Source: Patescibacteria group bacterium (GTDB lineage: Bacteria > Patescibacteriota > Patescibacteriia > UBA9570). Taken from it: DNA of 64,000 bases. Made by a program: the position numbers and the translations under genes. This document shows positions 21,705 to 32,490 of this stretch, one piece after another. How positions within the stretch are numbered: position 1 is the first letter of the stretch; every line of letters begins with the position of its first letter. The stretch is from the NCBI GenBank assembly GCA_024277435.1, contig JAJRVJ010000009.1, forward strand, positions 1,226-65,225. The letters are read 5' to 3'. Below the pieces are notes generated by a model. The model saw only the letters and a list, made by a program, of their open reading frames with translations, searched no databases and had not been told where the DNA came from.

Positions 21705-22821
21705 AATCTGTAACTAATTGAAGAAATTGTTCACTCACCACGGTAATATCGTGGTGAGTTTTTGCATACACGTATGCTTTCTTACTCATTACATCTAATT
21801 GCTGCTCATTATTTGAAACCTGCTGAATAACCTGTATTAATTCTTTATCTGTATCAGCAATTAACCCAAAGTTATGCTTTTGAAGAATATCATCAGGATT
21901 CACCCCGCGTGAAATAATTGGCGTACCGTGTTTTGCGGCCTGAATATACGTATTAGGAAATCCTTCCATACTTGATGTATTCACAAATAGCTTAGCCTTA
22001 GCGAAATATTCATCTATATCATTAAGCGGTACGCTCTCTATAAAATCTACATTCGATAATTTCCCGGCACGTTTACACCACTCTTCATATTGTTGCGGAT
22101 AATTACCAGCCGGCATTATCATAATAAACCGTTCATCAGGCAAAGCTTCTGCTGCATCAAGTAGCCGCTCTGGATGTTTCCATGTTTCGCCTCGGCCAAC
22201 CCATAGCACGCCATCACGTTCATTCATTGGTACTATATCTGTAGGAATTTCATAAGCTGTTGATAATAATGGGCCTTTAATACCATAATTATCCTTTAGC
22301 ATTGTTTGCTGATTGTTATTTTGTAAAATAACCAAAGAAGCATTACGCATACCCCATACTCCTAACTTACCAATGAGGCCTCGTTCCCGTTCAAACTGAC
22401 CAGATACATCCCACTCATGAGCCACCATATACACAAACTTCTTTCTGAATACCTTGCAGTATAGCGCTGCAAACCCTGTTTCTGGACCCATAGCGCGCTG
22501 AATATATATATCTGACTGCGATCTATGAAGTTGCCAAAAAAAACGTACTAGGCCAGTAATATGAGAAAAAATAGGAATAGCTCTACTAATACGCAATGTA
22601 CGTCGTAATTCAATATTCTTATACTGCGATACCTCAGATGATTTGCCTGAAGTTAAAAAAACAACTTTCGGTTTTTTATCTTTGCTAATAGTGGTAGCTA
22701 ATTGATACAACTGCACTTCCGCGCCTCCATACGTAACGCCTTCCGATGGAGCAAATAATCCATAAGCGTAATATGCAATAAAGCAAATTGATTGTTGATT
22801 ATCTTTATTGTTTGACATCAA
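21697..22821 (-). CDS. GT4 glycosyltransferase
   Basis: EGFPNTYIQAAKHGTPIIS C-terminal GT-B motif. Converges with asnB, overlapping it by 8 nt. Confidence 0.75.
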   Translation of the reverse strand: MMSNNKDNQQSICFIAYYAYGLFAPSEGVTYGGAEVQLYQLATTISKDKKPKVVFLTSGKSSEVSQYKNIELRRTLRISRAIPIFSHITGLVRFFWQLHRSQSDIYIQRAMGPETGFAALYCKVFRKKFVYMVAHEWDVSGQFERERGLIGKLGVWGMRNASLVILQNNNQQTMLKDNYGIKGPLLSTAYEIPTDIVPMNERDGVLWVGRGETWKHPERLLDAAEALPDERFIMIMPAGNYPQQYEEWCKRAGKLSNVDFIESVPLNDIDEYFAKAKLFVNTSSMEGFPNTYIQAAKHGTPIISRGVNPDDILQKHNFGLIADTDKELIQVIQQVSNNEQQLDVMSKKAYVYAKTHHDITVVSEQFLQLVTDSI

Positions 22822-25162
22822 ATAACTTTGTTAATACTGATCCGTTACGCGCAAATGAATGATTTTTTAACGCATACATGTACGCATTCTCTACATATGT
22901 TACTACGTCTACATCCTTTTCCATAACACGATGCAAAAGATCAATGAGTGTATTCTCATCACCTTGAGCACACCACCCCATCTTATGCGACTGTAATATA
23001 GTATCAGGATCAACATGCAACGAAATAATAGGGCATCGATGTAACGCTGCTTGCACAAACGTATTTGGAAAACCTTCGCTTTTCGAAGTGTTTATAAATA
23101 CTCGAGCTTGCGCAAAATATTGAGATATATCCTGAAAAGGAACATTAGGAATGTATTGCACATTATCCAGCAAATTAACTTTCTTACGAACCTGTGCAAT
23201 TAACTCTTGATCAACAGTTTCGGCCATGATCATAACATACCGATACTGAGGATACTGCTCTGCTAATCGCAAAAATATTTCCGGCTGTTTTACTGCCGCC
23301 GCACGACCCACCCACAATATAGTATCTCGCTCTGATACTTTCGTACCTTCTAATTTCTTTGTAACAAAATATGAAGAATAAATTAAAGTGCTGGAAATAT
23401 TAGGCATCATTATTTGTAATTGTTTATGCTGATCATCACTCTGTGTGATAACTGCATTAGCCTGCTTCATGCCCCAAAATGCAAATTTCGTTAGCAGATC
23501 ACCTTGCCTCCGATACTTCATATCAACTTCACGATCATGAGCGATCATATAAATAAATTGTTTACGCATTATTTTGCAATATAGTGCGATCATACCTGTT
23601 TCTGGACCAATAGAACGCTGTATAAAGGTAGTTGCGCCACTAAGTTGCATGTGATGCCATAAACGTATCATGGCAGCAATATTAGAAACAACGCCGTACT
23701 TGCGTTGCGAAGAAATGGATTTATGTACAACAACACCATCATATTCTTCAATAGTAAATTTCTTAGCGCCCTGAGTAATAACGTGTACAGAATAACCTTG
23801 TTCAAGTAAATATTTAGACCACAAGTATAGCTGCACCTCAGCCCCGCCATATTTTATACCCGCATTTGAATTATATAACCCATATCCATGGTAGCTGACC
23901 ATACATACATCAGAGCGTTGCTTACACTTTTGCAAATAAGTGCTTATTGTTAATCCAGCAGATAACAGTAGTAGTGGATACAAGGGAATACCATAACGCG
24001 GCACTGCATTAAGAGGCATATAAATGACAATATGATACAAAAAAATAACAGAAAAAACTGTATAAAATATTGAAAATTTCTTAAACTGAAATACCCCAAG
24101 CAACGCCAGTGATAAAATAATAACTTGCACTGTAAAAGCTAAAACTAAAGCTATGCTGGCTATAACATTGGATTGTAATGCCCCCATTATTAATAACGTT
24201 TGCATGCCTTCTGGTTGAAATAAGATTTTTAGAGGCTTTTTTGCGTATACCACCGCAACAGCTAAAGGATCTTCCTTGATATTTTGCAAAGTCATTTCAC
24301 GCAACAACGCCTCCTGTTCATCCACAGTAAGTGATTTATCTTTCACTTCAGATAATGGCCATATATGGCCCTGCCAATCCCCGTCCCATGGAACATAACT
24401 TCCTGTCCAATAAATTGCGCCACCACCCTGTCGCCCAAGCACAAATTCGTCAAATTGTATTGCATTACGAATGAACCACGGGCTCACAACAGCCGCAAAG
24501 ACAATGATAAACACACTGCTATGGACAAAAATAGTTTTTATACTACGTGTCCGTCGCTCTACCAGCCAAATGATACCTACCATAAGTAACGGTAAAAATA
24601 AAGCAGCCGACCGAGTTAATGCTAATAATCCTATAGCCATGCCACTAACAATGAACCATCTTACCGTCTTTTTATCTAATGCCAACAAAAAAAGAAAAAT
24701 ACATAGCACCAACAATGCTGCATATAACGTTTCTGTCATTATCTCACCAGAATAGACTATCACCGCAGGAAACATTCCAAATGAAAATGCAGCAATAATA
24801 CCAGATTGATTTGATAAAAATTTCCTACCAATCCAATATATTCCCACACACGTAACTGCCGCTAATAAAGCCTGAACAATTTGCGGACCAATAATCGAAT
24901 GTCCAAACATTGCATAAAGCGGCGCTAATATAAATAATGAATACCCTGGTTCACGTTCTGCGCTAGGGATGCCTGAGGTAACTGATAAGCCATCCCCCTG
25001 CACAACATTCCAGGCCATAGCGTCAAAAATACTGGAATCATTCCAGTGCAAAGGCGCTATACCTAAAGCAATATATGACAAATGTATCACTGCAATCACT
25101 ACAAAAATTGCAAGCGAGACATATCGTGGCGGCATTGTCGTAAATACTTTTTTTAGATTCAT
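22805..25162 (-). CDS. Fusion protein: N-terminal GT-C (ArnT/PMT-like, GT39/83) membrane glycosyltransferase + C-terminal GT4 domain
   Basis: The N-terminal 400 aa are a paralog of the next two genes (REPGY...FGHS, GEIMTE, YVPWDGDWQGHIWPL). The C-terminus carries ...GGAEVQLY... and EGFPNTFVQAALHRCPIIS like the 21697 GT4. Confidence 0.75.
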   Translation of the reverse strand: MNLKKVFTTMPPRYVSLAIFVVIAVIHLSYIALGIAPLHWNDSSIFDAMAWNVVQGDGLSVTSGIPSAEREPGYSLFILAPLYAMFGHSIIGPQIVQALLAAVTCVGIYWIGRKFLSNQSGIIAAFSFGMFPAVIVYSGEIMTETLYAALLVLCIFLFLLALDKKTVRWFIVSGMAIGLLALTRSAALFLPLLMVGIIWLVERRTRSIKTIFVHSSVFIIVFAAVVSPWFIRNAIQFDEFVLGRQGGGAIYWTGSYVPWDGDWQGHIWPLSEVKDKSLTVDEQEALLREMTLQNIKEDPLAVAVVYAKKPLKILFQPEGMQTLLIMGALQSNVIASIALVLAFTVQVIILSLALLGVFQFKKFSIFYTVFSVIFLYHIVIYMPLNAVPRYGIPLYPLLLLSAGLTISTYLQKCKQRSDVCMVSYHGYGLYNSNAGIKYGGAEVQLYLWSKYLLEQGYSVHVITQGAKKFTIEEYDGVVVHKSISSQRKYGVVSNIAAMIRLWHHMQLSGATTFIQRSIGPETGMIALYCKIMRKQFIYMIAHDREVDMKYRRQGDLLTKFAFWGMKQANAVITQSDDQHKQLQIMMPNISSTLIYSSYFVTKKLEGTKVSERDTILWVGRAAAVKQPEIFLRLAEQYPQYRYVMIMAETVDQELIAQVRKKVNLLDNVQYIPNVPFQDISQYFAQARVFINTSKSEGFPNTFVQAALHRCPIISLHVDPDTILQSHKMGWCAQGDENTLIDLLHRVMEKDVDVVTYVENAYMYALKNHSFARNGSVLTKLFDVKQ

Positions 25163-25164
25163 AC

Positions 25165-26403
25165 TTATGTATGTTTACGATAATTCGTTACAAAGCTAAA
25201 GGTATCAATCACGCCTAAACCACTCAATAACAAAATAAGAGGGTATAATGGCACTGCATAGCGTGGCACTGCATTTAATGGTAAATACACTATCACAAAA
25301 TATATCAGGATACACACTGTAATAATCGCATAATTTCTATACTTCGAAAAACGTAACATACCAATACCGGCTAATACTAGCAACACACAGTGATATACAT
25401 ACAATATAATTGCCATTAACGTCATGAATGTATTATTATTAAAAGCACCGCGCTCTAATGTAAAGTGTAGACCTTCAGGTTGAATAAATATCTTAAGAGG
25501 TTTCTTAAGATATAACCAAGCCACTGTGAGTGGATCCTGCTTAATATTTTCAATAGCTCTATCTATCATTTGAGCATCATGCTCAAAAAAATCTGCACCT
25601 GTCCGATATTCGGTAAGCGGCCATATATACCCTTGCCAGTCACCATCCCACGGAACATAACTTCCTGTCCAAATAATTTCTCCACCACCTGTTCTGCCTA
25701 ATAATACCCTATCAAACATTGTATAATTTCGTACAACCCATGGCGTATATACTGCTAAGCTAATCACACCAATCACTATTCCATACCTAATACTAAATCG
25801 AACATTTCTGGTTATTAATAACAACACTACTGGTACTATACCAATTAATGGTAATGCAGCCATGCGAGTGAGCGCGGCTAAACCGAGTAATACCCCACCT
25901 AATACGAACCATCGTGTCATTTTCTTCTCTACACCTACTAACAGCACATATGTAAACGCCGTTAATAGTAGCATAAACCAAGCTTCAGTCATGATTTCAC
26001 CAACATTCACAATAATAGCTGGATGAAGAGCAAAGATGAGAGCCGCAGCAATGCCCGCATTTTTAGATATAAATCGTTTTCCAATAACAATTAATAATAC
26101 AGCCGTAAAGGCGCTCAATAAAGCTTGAGCTACCTGAGCTGCAAAAATACTATGACCAAAAATCGCATACACTGGAACAAGTACAAAAAATGCATAACCG
26201 GGCTCTCGTAATGCATCTGGAATTCCTGGTGTATATGTAAAGCCATCACCCTGAACAAAATTCCAGGCAGTAGCATCATAAATAGCAGAATCAAACCAAT
26301 TCAATGGAGCATTTGTTAGCGCTACATACAGCAATTGAACGGCCACCACCATTATAAATACACCTATCTCAACTTTATACTTTCTTAATACGCTTATAAA
26401 CAT
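25165..26403 (-). CDS. GT-C (ArnT/PMT-like) membrane glycosyltransferase, paralog 2
   Basis: Polytopic protein with the same conserved loops (DSAIYDATAWNFVQGDG, REPGYAFF, GEIMTEA, YVPWDGDWQGYIWPL). Confidence 0.7.
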   Translation of the reverse strand: MFISVLRKYKVEIGVFIMVVAVQLLYVALTNAPLNWFDSAIYDATAWNFVQGDGFTYTPGIPDALREPGYAFFVLVPVYAIFGHSIFAAQVAQALLSAFTAVLLIVIGKRFISKNAGIAAALIFALHPAIIVNVGEIMTEAWFMLLLTAFTYVLLVGVEKKMTRWFVLGGVLLGLAALTRMAALPLIGIVPVVLLLITRNVRFSIRYGIVIGVISLAVYTPWVVRNYTMFDRVLLGRTGGGEIIWTGSYVPWDGDWQGYIWPLTEYRTGADFFEHDAQMIDRAIENIKQDPLTVAWLYLKKPLKIFIQPEGLHFTLERGAFNNNTFMTLMAIILYVYHCVLLVLAGIGMLRFSKYRNYAIITVCILIYFVIVYLPLNAVPRYAVPLYPLILLLSGLGVIDTFSFVTNYRKHT

Positions 26404-27655
26404 TACTATACATATTATATACTACCGGAGCAGCTGGGATAATCAATAGAGCCATAATGGGAACATTATATCGTGTAACAGGATTTAACGGAACATAAAT
26501 GAGCGCCGCAAATATTAGTACAGATAATAATCCAATACGTACAGTGTGATCCATTTTTTTATTACGTAGTAATCCAAATAATCCAATAAACAATATGAAC
26601 CAATGAAGTAAAATCATACTACCAGTTACTACCCATAATATTGGATTTCTATTCTCCAATAGTGTAGTACCCGTTCGATTTGTGTAGTTTATTGATTCAG
26701 GAAGTAAGTAGATTTTAAATGGCTTTTTGAACCAGATCCAAGCTACGCCTAATGGATTCTCTTTAATATTTTCAATAGCAGCAGCAGTAAATTTCTTATC
26801 ATATTCCTCTCGCGTAAGATCGCCACGAATTTCATCGATAATTGGATCATCTATTCTCCACTCGCCATCAAAAGGAATATAGCTACCAGACCAATATATT
26901 TGTCCGCCACCAATTCTTCCAAAAATAAATTCATCAAACAGCACATAATTACGAACCAGCCATGGCGCTACCACAATACCTACCCCCACCAACAATAAAC
27001 CGCTATACAATATAGTCTTTTTTATATCACGCAATATAGCAAATATTCCTACAATAAGAAAAAAGGGTAGCACTATCGCACCCCAACGAACCAACGCCGT
27101 ATAACCCAACGCTAACCCAACGCTAAATATTAACCAGCGTGACTTACGTTGCAACGCCAAAATAAACAAAAACAATGTTACTAGCAACCAAAACTGATAT
27201 GGAGCTTCAGTCATAATCTCACCATGCTGAAAAATAAACGGCAAGTACAAAACATACAACATGCCTCCAATCAACGCGGTGCGTTCCCCCATATATTTGC
27301 GCAAAAAATACACCACCATTAACATCATTGCAATATCTAATAGCAATTGCACAACAGCAGCCATCTCCACAGAATGACCAAATAATACATATGTAGGGAC
27401 TAATAGAAACAAGGCATATCCTGGTTCACGAAAAGCAAACGCCACCCCTTCTTCATAAACATATCCATTCCCCTCAACTACGTTCCAAGCCGGAATGTCG
27501 TACGCTGGAGAATCTCCACTATACGGCGTTAGTGGTGGATTATAACTAAAAAAATACACCGTGCGAATAATTAACGCACAAAGAACCAAGGCTATTACAC
27601 CAGTTCGGAAAAATACTTTACTATTTAAGGAATTTTTTTCCAATGCGGATTTCAT
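26375..27655 (-). CDS. GT-C (ArnT/PMT-like) membrane glycosyltransferase, paralog 3
   Basis: DSPAYDIPAWNVVEGNG, REPGYALF, GEIMTEAPY, YIPFDGEW. Overlaps paralog 2 by 29 nt. Confidence 0.7.
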   Translation of the reverse strand: MKSALEKNSLNSKVFFRTGVIALVLCALIIRTVYFFSYNPPLTPYSGDSPAYDIPAWNVVEGNGYVYEEGVAFAFREPGYALFLLVPTYVLFGHSVEMAAVVQLLLDIAMMLMVVYFLRKYMGERTALIGGMLYVLYLPFIFQHGEIMTEAPYQFWLLVTLFLFILALQRKSRWLIFSVGLALGYTALVRWGAIVLPFFLIVGIFAILRDIKKTILYSGLLLVGVGIVVAPWLVRNYVLFDEFIFGRIGGGQIYWSGSYIPFDGEWRIDDPIIDEIRGDLTREEYDKKFTAAAIENIKENPLGVAWIWFKKPFKIYLLPESINYTNRTGTTLLENRNPILWVVTGSMILLHWFILFIGLFGLLRNKKMDHTVRIGLLSVLIFAALIYVPLNPVTRYNVPIMALLIIPAAPVVYNMYSNVYKRIKKV

Positions 27656-28325
27656 TCCATAAACACTTTAAAAATGCGATACCTGTTGGAATTGATTTAG
27701 CGTAGCTTTCTCCGCCAATGCGCTCACCTTCGTTAGTAGGAAATTCAATAATATTCTTACCCAATTTCATGCAACGAGTAGTCATTTGATATTCAATAGT
27801 ATACCCAACTGCATCTTGATTGAGCGTTCGAAATAGATCTGTTTTAAAACCACGAAATCCATTAATACTATCCGTTACGTAGTTGCCAGATTTATTGAAA
27901 AATAGATTGATCAACCAATTAAAGGCATTATTAGCCCACTTTCGCATGCGGAAGAATTGCTCATCTTCTTCATTATGAGCCCCCTTCATCATACGTGAGG
28001 CAATTACCAAATCCGCATTATCTTCTTCAAAATATTTTTTGAATTTCTTAATATCTTCAGGATCCTCATTTCCATCTGGGCTATAAATAATCATTACATC
28101 ACCTGTAGCACGCTCTAGAGCAACGCGAAAAGCTTCACCACGACCCTTGCGTGATTTTTGTTCTACTACTTCTACATTATGTTTAGCAAAAAACTCCAGG
28201 GTTCCATCAGTAGAGCCACCATCAACTACAAATGTTTCATCAACTGCGTCCATTGGAATTTTATCCAGCAGTGCAGTAACTCCGTCAATTTCATTATAGG
28301 TAAGAATAACTAGGCTGTATTTCAT
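27621..28325 (-). CDS. GT2 polyprenyl-phosphate sugar synthase (ArnC/DPM-like, soluble type)
   Basis: MKYSLVILTYNE...VVDGGSTDGT...DGNEDP. I chose the internal Met start at 28325, 4 nt after the upstream stop; the ORF could extend to 28394. Confidence 0.75.
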   Translation of the reverse strand: MKYSLVILTYNEIDGVTALLDKIPMDAVDETFVVDGGSTDGTLEFFAKHNVEVVEQKSRKGRGEAFRVALERATGDVMIIYSPDGNEDPEDIKKFKKYFEEDNADLVIASRMMKGAHNEEDEQFFRMRKWANNAFNWLINLFFNKSGNYVTDSINGFRGFKTDLFRTLNQDAVGYTIEYQMTTRCMKLGKNIIEFPTNEGERIGGESYAKSIPTGIAFLKCLWNEIRIGKKFLK

Positions 28326-28329
28326 GATA

Positions 28330-29316
28330 TTAATATGGTAGTGAATTTTTATGTTCTTTATACCACTCGATAGTATTGCGTAAACCATCTTCAAGTGACA
28401 TCTGGGCTTTATAATCTAATTTTTCCGCGGCTTTTGTTATATCACAATGGCGTCGCGGTTGGCCAGTTGGTTTTGATATATCAAATTCAATAGCTGTATC
28501 CACACCCGATAGTTCAACAATTTTCTCTACAAGATCTTTGATAGTAGTTTCTTCATCAGCGCCAATATTTACTACATCACTCTCGGCATATTTTTCACAT
28601 ACCTCAATTAAGCCACGAGCAAAATCTGTTACATACAAGAATGATCGGCTAGCAGAGCCATCACCCCACACTTGCAAAGGATTTTCTCCATCAATTACGC
28701 GTTTAATAAGTGCTGGAATAACATGACTAGATTCTGGATTGAAATTATCGCGCGGACCATAACAATTATATGGGCGAGCAATACCAACCTTCATTCCATA
28801 TTCACGATGATACGCATCTCCAAGAAATTCTTCCATACGCTTTGCCCAACCATAGCCTTCATTGGTAGGTTCTGGGCGATCGCGAAATCCTTCCGCTTCT
28901 GGGGTTGGAATTTCACAATGCCGTGGATACACACAAGCAGAACTTGTTACTAAAAATCGCTCAACTTCTGCATGACGCGCTGCTTCAATGACGTTCATGA
29001 AAATTTGCAAATTATCACGAAAAATTGAACCAGGATGCTTAATGTTATATTCAATACCACCAACATTAGCAGCTAGATTCATCACAATATCTTTACCCGC
29101 GGCAATTTCTTTTGTACGTTGCGCATCGAGTAAATCCGCATACACAATTTCAACATCATTCTTAACATCACCAAGAAATTCTACATAACTTTTTTCTGAA
29201 CGCACAGGAACACTTACGCGCGCACCTCGTTTTACTAACATTTCCACTAAGTGTGAACCAATAAATCCAGCCCCACCTGTAACTAATACCTTTTTCCCGT
29301 CGTAAAAATCTACCAT
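28330..29316 (-). CDS. GDP-L-fucose synthase family epimerase/reductase (Fcl/ColC-like GDP-4-keto-(3,)6-deoxyhexose reductase)
   Basis: GGAGFIGSH, EPTNEGYGWAKR, PYNCYGPRDNFNPESSHVIPALI and KPTGQPRR align with Fcl/ColC. Confidence 0.7.
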   Translation of the reverse strand: MVDFYDGKKVLVTGGAGFIGSHLVEMLVKRGARVSVPVRSEKSYVEFLGDVKNDVEIVYADLLDAQRTKEIAAGKDIVMNLAANVGGIEYNIKHPGSIFRDNLQIFMNVIEAARHAEVERFLVTSSACVYPRHCEIPTPEAEGFRDRPEPTNEGYGWAKRMEEFLGDAYHREYGMKVGIARPYNCYGPRDNFNPESSHVIPALIKRVIDGENPLQVWGDGSASRSFLYVTDFARGLIEVCEKYAESDVVNIGADEETTIKDLVEKIVELSGVDTAIEFDISKPTGQPRRHCDITKAAEKLDYKAQMSLEDGLRNTIEWYKEHKNSLPY

Positions 29317-29319
29317 ATA

Positions 29320-30495
29320 TTATTGATCAAATAAATCAAGTACGCCAGAGATTTCTTCTTCTGTAAGTTCAGGATTATTCCCAAAGTAAAAACCTTGAAC
29401 ATGAATTTTATGAGCATTCTTCAATTCACTAAAATCACCAATACCTAACTTTTTGAAGAATGGTTGCTCTACCATAGAACCACCAACAATTGGACGAATT
29501 TCTACACCATGATCCATCAATAGCTTCGTATAATAATCAAAAATATCTTGATCCTTACAGATAATCGGCATAGCAAAATTTGAAACCACGTCCATATGAT
29601 CCATATTTAACATTTCAAACTTATCACTATGCTTTTCTAAAATTGTCATGAAGCGCTTGAAATTATCCTCTCGCTTCTTTGTAATTTCATCTAAATACTT
29701 AATCTGTACATGCCCTAGGAAACCATTAATTTCTGTGGGACGTAGGTTATATCCAAGCGTATAAAATGTATACCGTGAATAAAATCCATCAATACCATTT
29801 TCTTCACGAATCTTTTTCTGATCAGCTTCCTCTAAATTACGATCCCAACCATGGGATCGTACCATCCGTAACATCATGTCTAACTCTTTATCATCCGTAC
29901 ACACCATACCACCTTCGATAGTAGACATATGATGCCCTACGTACGTAGAGAATGTACTCGCTAATCCGAAGTTACCTAGTTTTTTACCCGCAATTTCAGA
30001 ACCAAGTGATTCGCAATTATCTTCAATAAGAATAATATTATTCTGCTCACAGTACTCAGCAATCTTATCAATATCGGCAGAAAATCCTAAGAGATTAGTC
30101 AAAAATACAGCCTTAAGTGGTGTAGCCTCATGCGCTTCCTGCACATAACGCTTTGAAGCATTTAAATTATCAAGCTCTACTTCCAATGGCCGGATACCAA
30201 TGTTTAACTGAATCATTGGGGTAACATTTGTAACCCATGTTAACGAAGAAAACCCAACCGTATCATCCTTTTGCAGCTTACCCATATTAGCCAAGGCCTG
30301 AATAAGTGCTAAGTTGGCTGAACTACCACTATTATACATAGTGCAATATTTGCGACCTTGATATTTTGCAAAATCTTCTTCAAACTTCTTTACCTCTGCA
30401 CCAATACTTAACTGTTCAGCGCCAGCAATAAAATCAATTAGTTTCTTCTTAGTATCTGCCTCATTATAAAATGTAGATTTGATGAGTTTAATCAT
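29320..30495 (-). CDS. DegT-family PLP enzyme with His replacing the Schiff-base Lys: GDP-4-keto-6-deoxy-D-mannose 3-dehydratase-like (ColD/E1-type)
   Basis: LIEDNCESLGS, TFSTYVGHHMSTIEGG (His at the Lys position), RSHGWDRN and GYNLRPTEINGFLG closely resemble ColD as I recall it. Confidence 0.6.
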   Translation of the reverse strand: MIKLIKSTFYNEADTKKKLIDFIAGAEQLSIGAEVKKFEEDFAKYQGRKYCTMYNSGSSANLALIQALANMGKLQKDDTVGFSSLTWVTNVTPMIQLNIGIRPLEVELDNLNASKRYVQEAHEATPLKAVFLTNLLGFSADIDKIAEYCEQNNIILIEDNCESLGSEIAGKKLGNFGLASTFSTYVGHHMSTIEGGMVCTDDKELDMMLRMVRSHGWDRNLEEADQKKIREENGIDGFYSRYTFYTLGYNLRPTEINGFLGHVQIKYLDEITKKREDNFKRFMTILEKHSDKFEMLNMDHMDVVSNFAMPIICKDQDIFDYYTKLLMDHGVEIRPIVGGSMVEQPFFKKLGIGDFSELKNAHKIHVQGFYFGNNPELTEEEISGVLDLFDQ

Positions 30496-30504
30496 AGGTA
30501 TATG

Positions 30505-31497
30505 TTATACAGTATCTTTAGCAAGATTATAGTTATCTGGCTTCATATCAGCATCCACCATAATTTTTACCAAATCTTTATATTTAGTTTTAGCAACCCA
30601 GCCAAGTTTTTCCTTCGCTTTTGTTGGGTCACCCAATAATAAGTCTACTTCCGATGGTCGCATATACTTCTCGGATACTTCTACATGATCTTCCCAATTC
30701 AATCCGGCGTAACTAAAAGCCGCTTCTACAAATTCTTTTACAGTATGGGTTTCACCAGTGGCTAACACAAAATCATCCGGCTTATCCTGCTGCAACATTC
30801 TCCACATACCTTCAACATAGTCTGGAGCGTATCCCCAATCACGTTTAGCATCTAAGTTACCTAGATATAACTTATCTTGCTCACCACGCTTAATCGCACC
30901 AACAGCCCGCGTAATTTTACGAGTTACAAACGTTTCACCACGGCGTGGAGACTCATGATTAAATAAAATTCCAGAGCAATTATACATATTATAAGATTCT
31001 CGATAGTTTACTGTTATCCAGTGAGCATACAATTTAGCCGCCGCATATGGGCTGCGTGGGTAAAACGGTGTAGTTTCCGATTGTGGCACAGCTTGTACTA
31101 AGCCATACATTTCTGAAGTTGAAGCTTGATAAAATCGGGTATTCTTTAAGCCAGCACTTCGAATAGCATCCAATAACCGTAATGCACCAACTGCAGAAAC
31201 CTGCGCTGTATATTCTGGAACTTCAAAACTTACTTGCACATGACTTTGTGCGCCTAAATTATACACTTCATCAGGCTTAATAGTGTTCATCAATTTTGTT
31301 AACACCGCTGAATCTGCTAAATCACCATAACTCAATTTCAAATCGTCAAAAATATGTAGAATACGACCCGTGTTAAATGAGCTCGAACGACGGATAATGC
31401 CGTGCACTTCGTAACCTTTTTCTAATAACAGTTCCGCAAGATAGGAACCGTCTTGTCCGGTAATACCGGTAATGAATGCTTTTCGTTTATTTGCCAT
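30505..31497 (-). CDS. gmd: GDP-mannose 4,6-dehydratase
   Basis: [46 protein letters not shown]... matches GMD throughout. Confidence 0.9.
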   Translation of the reverse strand: MANKRKAFITGITGQDGSYLAELLLEKGYEVHGIIRRSSSFNTGRILHIFDDLKLSYGDLADSAVLTKLMNTIKPDEVYNLGAQSHVQVSFEVPEYTAQVSAVGALRLLDAIRSAGLKNTRFYQASTSEMYGLVQAVPQSETTPFYPRSPYAAAKLYAHWITVNYRESYNMYNCSGILFNHESPRRGETFVTRKITRAVGAIKRGEQDKLYLGNLDAKRDWGYAPDYVEGMWRMLQQDKPDDFVLATGETHTVKEFVEAAFSYAGLNWEDHVEVSEKYMRPSEVDLLLGDPTKAKEKLGWVAKTKYKDLVKIMVDADMKPDNYNLAKDTV

Positions 31498-32479
31498 AAA
31501 GTAATTCTGCGAGGAAGGCTAAGGACTGTGTTGTTTCCCGAATTTCGGTAAAATCCTTATCTTGAACCTCAAGATTAATAGAGTATTCTTTATCTGGGTT
31601 AGATTCTAAATGATGCAATAATTCACTTAATTCCTGCTGATTTTGCTCACCAGCATTAAGCGCCAGTCCACCAACTGGCATCGAAGCCTTATTCTGCCAT
31701 AAACCCGTAGAATCGGCAAGGTGAATATGGCCGAGTCCAGCCCCTAAATTTTTAACTACCGTGAGATAATCTGGCTGCACCCCATGCTCATAAATACCCA
31801 CTATTTGATCACGTATAGCAATCAATTTAGGATCAATCTTGCCATCACGGGTAATCAGGTAATTCCAGAGCCGGCGCATCATATCATAATGACAAATATC
31901 AAACGTTACATCGATACCAGCTTGAGTGGCTGCTAATAAATCTTGAAATGTTACTAAACAAGGATTAAATCGCATATCATCAGCATTGTCTACTGTATCA
32001 GCAAATAACGGTAATGGCATATTCTCTAAACAAAACCGAATGCCTGGAAATTCATTCTGCAGTTTCTTAATAGAAGCAAATATTTCCTCATACAAAGCAT
32101 CGCGCCATGTATTAGTAGATTGCTCTGACTTCCAATCCCTAAGTAAATACGCTAATTGTGAGTGCACCACAACAATACCTGCGCCAATTTCCTGTGCAAT
32201 TTCGGCAGTAACCCGCATTTTTTCTAAACCAGCTTCCGTGCGCGGATCAAAAGCTGTATGATCACCATCAATTTGCGGAAATGGCACATGCACAGAAATA
32301 ACAGGAAACGAAAACTGCTTAAGATTAGCTACAATCACATCCTTTTTCGTATAATCATCCTCTAATAAAATAAGCTCCCCGCCTAATCGTAATACGCTAG
32401 GAGCCGCTGCAAGCATTGTTTGACGGGCAGCAACATCATGTGCCGCCGCTCCCCGCATGGGGGTAAGAAATCTAATCAT
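31487..32479 (-). CDS. Xylose-isomerase-like TIM-barrel sugar (phosphate) isomerase/epimerase
   Basis: 330-aa AP-endonuclease-2/TIM-barrel family pattern. Substrate unknown. Confidence 0.5.
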   Translation of the reverse strand: MIRFLTPMRGAAAHDVAARQTMLAAAPSVLRLGGELILLEDDYTKKDVIVANLKQFSFPVISVHVPFPQIDGDHTAFDPRTEAGLEKMRVTAEIAQEIGAGIVVVHSQLAYLLRDWKSEQSTNTWRDALYEEIFASIKKLQNEFPGIRFCLENMPLPLFADTVDNADDMRFNPCLVTFQDLLAATQAGIDVTFDICHYDMMRRLWNYLITRDGKIDPKLIAIRDQIVGIYEHGVQPDYLTVVKNLGAGLGHIHLADSTGLWQNKASMPVGGLALNAGEQNQQELSELLHHLESNPDKEYSINLEVQDKDFTEIRETTQSLAFLAELLYGK

Positions 32480-32490
32480 TGAGCTATGGC

